Shown one piece after another: positions 6,679 through 10,472 of a DNA stretch of 10,472 bases. Each line of letters opens with the position of its first letter. The first letter of the stretch is position 1. The stretch lies in contig JABHGE010000009.1 of the NCBI GenBank assembly GCA_018672235.1, forward strand, positions 1 through 10,472, read 5' to 3'. Both the position numbers and the translations under genes were made by a program. Under the pieces are notes generated by a model. That model saw only the letters and a program-made list of their open reading frames with translations. It was not told where the DNA came from and made no database searches. The stretch comes from Fidelibacterota bacterium (GTDB lineage: Bacteria; Fidelibacterota; Marinisomatia; Marinisomatales; Marinisomataceae).

Positions 6679-7566
6679 TTGATACAGTCACATAAAATCA
6701 AAATTGCCTTGAGCGCCTTACCAAAAAATGATTGGTGGGGTTCTGGTATCGTTGCGTATCAAGATAATGATATGATGGTAGATGGAGCACGACCTAATCA
6801 ATCTGTATTGGAACATGAATATAGCGAGTTAGTAACACTCATTGAACATGTAGGCCTAGAAACAGTTACAGTCCCATTTTCAGATACATTAGAAAAAGAA
6901 AAAAAATTTGATTTTATCTTTATGAGAGATCATTTTTTGTGTAACAAAAATAAAGAGATTGTTATGTGCAATATGCGTCTTGACGAGCGCTTAATTGAAG
7001 GAAAATTTGTTATAGAAACAATGCAAAAACTTGGTTACACCATTCATTATTTGCCAACAAAAGAATGTTTAGCAGAAGGCGGAGAATTTTTTTATCTACC
7101 TAAAGAAAATATTTTATTAGCAGGTCTGTGTCGTAATAATCTTAAGGGGGCTGAATCAATGGCAGAATTAATGGGAGTAGACCAATTACATATAATAGAG
7201 TCGAATGGGTATCATCTCGATACAGCAATTTGTCCTATATTCAATAATGAATATGATTGTATAGGTATCAATTGTGCTAAAGAGGTGTTTAATCAAAAAA
7301 ATTATAACATTTTAAAAGATATGTGTAAAAAGTATAATTGGGAATTATTAGCTATTGAAAATCAAGATATGAAAAAATCTTTAGTAGCAAGATCGGCAAT
7401 GAATTGTTTAACATTACCTGGATTATTGATAGGTACAAGTCAGATTAGAGATACAAGAGTGAAAGATTTCTCGGAACAAAATAATATTGAAATGCACGTG
7501 TCTTGTGTGTCGCAGTTTAATTTAAGTGGCGGATCAATACACTGTCTTACAAACGAACTATTTTAA
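6679..7566 (+). CDS. Amidinotransferase / arginine deiminase / DDAH (pentein) family protein
   Basis: FMRD, R..E, EGGE, YHLDT and C-terminal GGSIHCLT (Cys codon 7543-7545) give an intact Cys-His-Glu triad plus the guanidino-binding Asp residues. The TTG start is uncertain. Confidence 0.88.
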   Translation: MIQSHKIKIALSALPKNDWWGSGIVAYQDNDMMVDGARPNQSVLEHEYSELVTLIEHVGLETVTVPFSDTLEKEKKFDFIFMRDHFLCNKNKEIVMCNMRLDERLIEGKFVIETMQKLGYTIHYLPTKECLAEGGEFFYLPKENILLAGLCRNNLKGAESMAELMGVDQLHIIESNGYHLDTAICPIFNNEYDCIGINCAKEVFNQKNYNILKDMCKKYNWELLAIENQDMKKSLVARSAMNCLTLPGLLIGTSQIRDTRVKDFSEQNNIEMHVSCVSQFNLSGGSIHCLTNELF

Positions 7567-8180
7567 TCATTTTCTTTAAAATATGTTTTCCTTGTGTATC
7601 CATCTAATGATGCCCACAAATACAGAGTAGCAATACTTCTGTAGGGAGCCCATCTCTTTGCAATCAATTCAATCTTATCCATACTGTCGACATTATATAA
7701 GTTTTTAATAACTTTAATTATTGCAAGATCTCCCCTTGGAAATATATTTAAATCACATTTTGAAAAAATTAAAAACATGTCAATTGTCCAGGGACCTATT
7801 CCTTTTAAATTAATTAATAGTGACCTTATTAGACTGCTTTCCTCAATTGAATAAAGATTATTAATCATCTCTAAATTTTCTTGAAGAAATAAATTCTCTA
7901 TATATGACTTTTTTTGTTTTGAAAGTCCTATTTTTTTCCAATCTTTCTCAGTCCAATGAAAATTCTCTTTAAGATTTTTTCCACTACTAAATTCTAAAAA
8001 TCTATTATGAATAGTATTGCCAGCTTTTGTAGAAATTTGTTGAAAAATTATGTGTCTAATTAAGTCTCCTAAATAATCGTTCGACTTCTCTAGCTCAGGT
8101 TTAGGACAATTTTTAATAAGTTTTTTTAATATTAAATCTTTATTTGAAAGAATTGTTAATTGATCAGTTTTGATAATCAT
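7563..8180 (-). CDS. alkA: DNA-3-methyladenine glycosylase, AlkA/HhH-GPD family
   Basis: IIFQQIS..AG, GLSKQK, the HhH motif LKGIGPWTIDMFLIF, the catalytic Asp in FPRGDL, and WAPYRSIATLYLW. Confidence 0.93.
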   Translation of the reverse strand: MIIKTDQLTILSNKDLILKKLIKNCPKPELEKSNDYLGDLIRHIIFQQISTKAGNTIHNRFLEFSSGKNLKENFHWTEKDWKKIGLSKQKKSYIENLFLQENLEMINNLYSIEESSLIRSLLINLKGIGPWTIDMFLIFSKCDLNIFPRGDLAIIKVIKNLYNVDSMDKIELIAKRWAPYRSIATLYLWASLDGYTRKTYFKEND

Positions 8181-8185
8181 AAATA

Positions 8186-9166
8186 TTATTTATTTTTAAA
8201 AAATTCCCAAATCAATCGTGAAGTATCTACGTCATGACCCCATTCTTTCTTAAACCATGTATGACCTTCGTTTTCCATAGTATATAGAATTACTTCTCTA
8301 TTTCCATTACAATCATACGAAGTCAATTGTGTTGATAAAACTCCATCCCCGTTAAAATCTGGAATTGTAACTTCTGAGTTGTTTTGACACTCATTGTGAT
8401 TTGCCCATAACGAATGGACATTTTCTACATTTATACTCCAAGAATTTCCATTGTAAGGTACAACTGTATCAGCTGTGCCATGAAAATGAATAATGCTTTT
8501 CTGATTTGGTGGAACACAATTGTAATATGCAGCCATTGATCCAGTCACTGACCCAATACTATTTATTTCTTCTAATTCACATGCTAGCCTATAGCTCATA
8601 AATCCACCTAAAGACATTCCAGTAGAAAAAATCTTATCATTAGCGATATTATAGTTTCCTTTAAAGTACTTTATCAATGCAGCAAATAATCCTACATCGT
8701 CTACATCATTGAAGGTGGAGACTACATTTACATTCCAACCAGTAGTATTAGTGATATCAGTTACTCCTTGCACATATACTACTATAAAATTTTCTTCATC
8801 TGCAATACTATCAAATCCAGAATAATTTCGTATAATAGGCGCTTCGCCTGTATATCCATGCAATACAAATAGTAATGGGATTGGTCCATTATTTGGGTCA
8901 TAGTTAGGGGGAGTATGAACAATAAAGCTGCGAGTATAATTACCAAATACTGTAGAAAAAGATGCTGTATCATCATTATAATAAGAAATTAACTCGACAA
9001 CAAGATCTGGGATAGAGCCATCTCCGCCATTATCACCATTGCCAGTATTACCACCATTACCAGTATTAGGATCTATCACTCCGCTAGATGATACTATCTT
9101 AGAGCCTGTATCAGATCCACATGCAATAATTAAAAAAAGGAATAAAATTTTAGCTAATTTTTGCAT
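8186..9166 (-). CDS. Lipoprotein alpha/beta-hydrolase, PHB-depolymerase/LpqC-LpqP-like esterase
   Basis: Lipoprotein signal MQKLAKILFLFLIIA|C followed by a Gly/Asn-rich linker. R.FIVHTP, PLLFVLHGYTG, FIVVY.QG...WN, VDDVG, the nucleophile GMSLGG, the acid in HFHGTADTVVPY and the His in GHTW. Confidence 0.88.
   Translation of the reverse strand: MQKLAKILFLFLIIACGSDTGSKIVSSSGVIDPNTGNGGNTGNGDNGGDGSIPDLVVELISYYNDDTASFSTVFGNYTRSFIVHTPPNYDPNNGPIPLLFVLHGYTGEAPIIRNYSGFDSIADEENFIVVYVQGVTDITNTTGWNVNVVSTFNDVDDVGLFAALIKYFKGNYNIANDKIFSTGMSLGGFMSYRLACELEEINSIGSVTGSMAAYYNCVPPNQKSIIHFHGTADTVVPYNGNSWSINVENVHSLWANHNECQNNSEVTIPDFNGDGVLSTQLTSYDCNGNREVILYTMENEGHTWFKKEWGHDVDTSRLIWEFFKNK
9032..9067 (-). repeat. Two tandem 18-bp units encoding NTGNGG/NTGNGD in the esterase linker
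   Basis: Plus strand ATCACCATTGCCAGTATT (9032-9049) and ACCACCATTACCAGTATT (9050-9067) are 16/18 identical. Confidence 0.75.
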
Positions 9167-9758
9167 TTTCTCTTATTTCTTTTACTAAAAATGTAATTGA
9201 AGATTTTAATTTATCTAAAGAATCATTATTCTCCAGAATATAATCTACATAATCTTTCTTTTTATCATCATCCCATTGTAAGTCCATACGCTCTTTAATG
9301 GATTCTTCTGATAGATTGCCTCTAGATAATGCGCGTTGAATACGTTTAGCTTCTGAGCTAATTAATAATATAATATATGCTCCAGATTCATGATAATATT
9401 TATATGAACCACCCTCAATAATAAGTGCTGCATCAACAACAAAAATGGGGTATTTTTTTTCATGACCAATGCTTTCAATTCTTTTTAAAAGCTCTGCATT
9501 TACAGCAGGATGTAGAATAGCATTTAATTTTTTTTGATTATCTTCATTTTTAAAGACAACCTTACTCATAGACAGAGGATCTGTATCTTGTAAATCAGGA
9601 AAGGTGTGGAGAATTTTTTCTGATATTTCCTTATTGAGTAAAAGGCGTTTTGCTTCTTTGTCTGCATCAAAAACATATGCATCATGCTCTTGTTGAAAAA
9701 TTTTAGATACGGTGCTTTTACCAGAAGCGATTCCCCCAGTTATTCCAACAATAATCAT
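9150..9758 (-). CDS. coaE: Dephospho-CoA kinase
   Basis: N-terminal VGITGGIASGKST P-loop, DAD, LNAILHPAV, VVDAALIIE, RI.R...RG...RMDLQ and DYILENN. Confidence 0.95.
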   Translation of the reverse strand: MIIVGITGGIASGKSTVSKIFQQEHDAYVFDADKEAKRLLLNKEISEKILHTFPDLQDTDPLSMSKVVFKNEDNQKKLNAILHPAVNAELLKRIESIGHEKKYPIFVVDAALIIEGGSYKYYHESGAYIILLISSEAKRIQRALSRGNLSEESIKERMDLQWDDDKKKDYVDYILENNDSLDKLKSSITFLVKEIRENAKIS

Positions 9759-10309
9759 TATTGAATCTGTTTTAGAATCCGCTGTGTTACTTGATCAATA
9801 GAGCCATCTCCATCAATCTGAATAATATTATTCTTATAAAAATTAACCAATGGGGCTGTCAATTTTGCATAGACTTTCTGGCGCTTAGTAATTACTTCTT
9901 CAGTATCGTCTGCACGACCAGAACTTTGAGCTCTTTCGATTAATCTGTTAATTAAGATCTGTTCTTCTACGTGGATATTTAATACATGATCTATTTTTGA
10001 ATCCAGATTTTCAAAGATTATATTTAATCCTTCCGCTTGTGGAATTGTTCTGGGAAATCCATCAAGAATAATGCCTGAATCTTTTAATGATATCAAAGTA
10101 CTATCCATTATAGATAATAAGACGTTATCTGGTACTAAATTTCCTCTATTCATATAAGACTGTGCTTCTAGTCCAATAGCTGTTTTTTTCTTTATTTCTC
10201 TTCTTAAAATATCGCCAGTTGATAAATGTATAAGATTATATTTTTCTGCAAGAATTTTAGCCTGCGTCCCTTTTCCTGCCCCAGGTGGGCCCATTATTAG
10301 AAGTTTCAT
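9758..10309 (-). CDS. adk: Adenylate kinase, short-LID type (183 aa)
   Basis: GPPGAGKGTQA, HLSTGDILR, GNLVPD, LDGFPRT..QA and a short lid RLIERAQSSGRADD. TAATG 1-nt overlap with coaE. Confidence 0.97.
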   Translation of the reverse strand: MKLLIMGPPGAGKGTQAKILAEKYNLIHLSTGDILRREIKKKTAIGLEAQSYMNRGNLVPDNVLLSIMDSTLISLKDSGIILDGFPRTIPQAEGLNIIFENLDSKIDHVLNIHVEEQILINRLIERAQSSGRADDTEEVITKRQKVYAKLTAPLVNFYKNNIIQIDGDGSIDQVTQRILKQIQ

Positions 10310-10314
10310 CTTGT

Positions 10315-10464
10315 TTATTGCATTGCTTTTGGCTGTTCAAAAATAGCCTGCATTGTCATTGCAAGTTTGGTGGGATTTTTTCTATATTTTTTTTGAATTA
10401 ACTCAAGTGGTTTCTTTTTCTTGGCTTGCACTTTTTTGACTTTACGATTTAATCGTGAGGACAT
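10315..10464 (-). CDS. Hypothetical small, highly basic protein (49 aa), or the C-terminus of a gene extending beyond the right edge
   Basis: Manual translation: MSSRLNRKVKKVQAKKKKPLELIQKKYRKNPTKLAMTMQAIFEQPKAMQ*. The stop is 5 nt before the adk ATG, on the same strand. The frame stays open to the window edge (xTA GAT AGT ATG). Confidence 0.55.
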   Translation of the reverse strand: MSSRLNRKVKKVQAKKKKPLELIQKKYRKNPTKLAMTMQAIFEQPKAMQ

Positions 10465-10472
10465 ACTATCTA

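Noticed and set aside
8782..8976. 64-aa hydrophobic minus-strand ORF
   Set aside because: Alternative frame within the esterase gene; hydrophobicity is expected from AT-rich off-frame codons.
1..10472. CRISPR array, tRNA/rRNA, IS element, integrase or prophage
   Set aside because: No regularly spaced repeats, cloverleaf or rRNA-like segments, terminal inverted repeats or mobile-element proteins were seen; nearly all of the sequence is explained by coding genes.

Overview
AT-rich, densely packed bacterial chromosomal window made mostly of housekeeping genes. Several signatures suggest an FCB-superphylum organism, plausibly a streamlined marine lineage such as Ca. Marinimicrobia (inference): a CarboxypepD-type TonB-dependent receptor with Gln at +1, yqeY-cvpA linkage and a short-LID Adk. 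Gene order from left to right: 5' part of a DegT/DnrJ/EryC1/StrS aminotransferase (-); a TonB-dependent receptor (+); a bidirectional terminator; a minus-strand operon transcribed as [degenerate DNA methyltransferase-like gene]-yqeY-cvpA-dnaG; a divergently transcribed amidinotransferase/pentein enzyme (+); and a minus-strand operon transcribed as [small basic ORF]-adk-coaE-[lipoprotein esterase]-[AlkA-type glycosylase]. I see no mobile elements, CRISPR arrays or RNA genes. Three oddities stand out. (i) An intact beta-class N4/N6 MTase homolog has its catalytic DPPY replaced by EPTL, lacks motif X and leads the primase operon. (ii) DnaG has all four canonical Zn ligands substituted. (iii) A 49-codon Lys/Arg-rich ORF absent from the ORF track sits upstream of adk.
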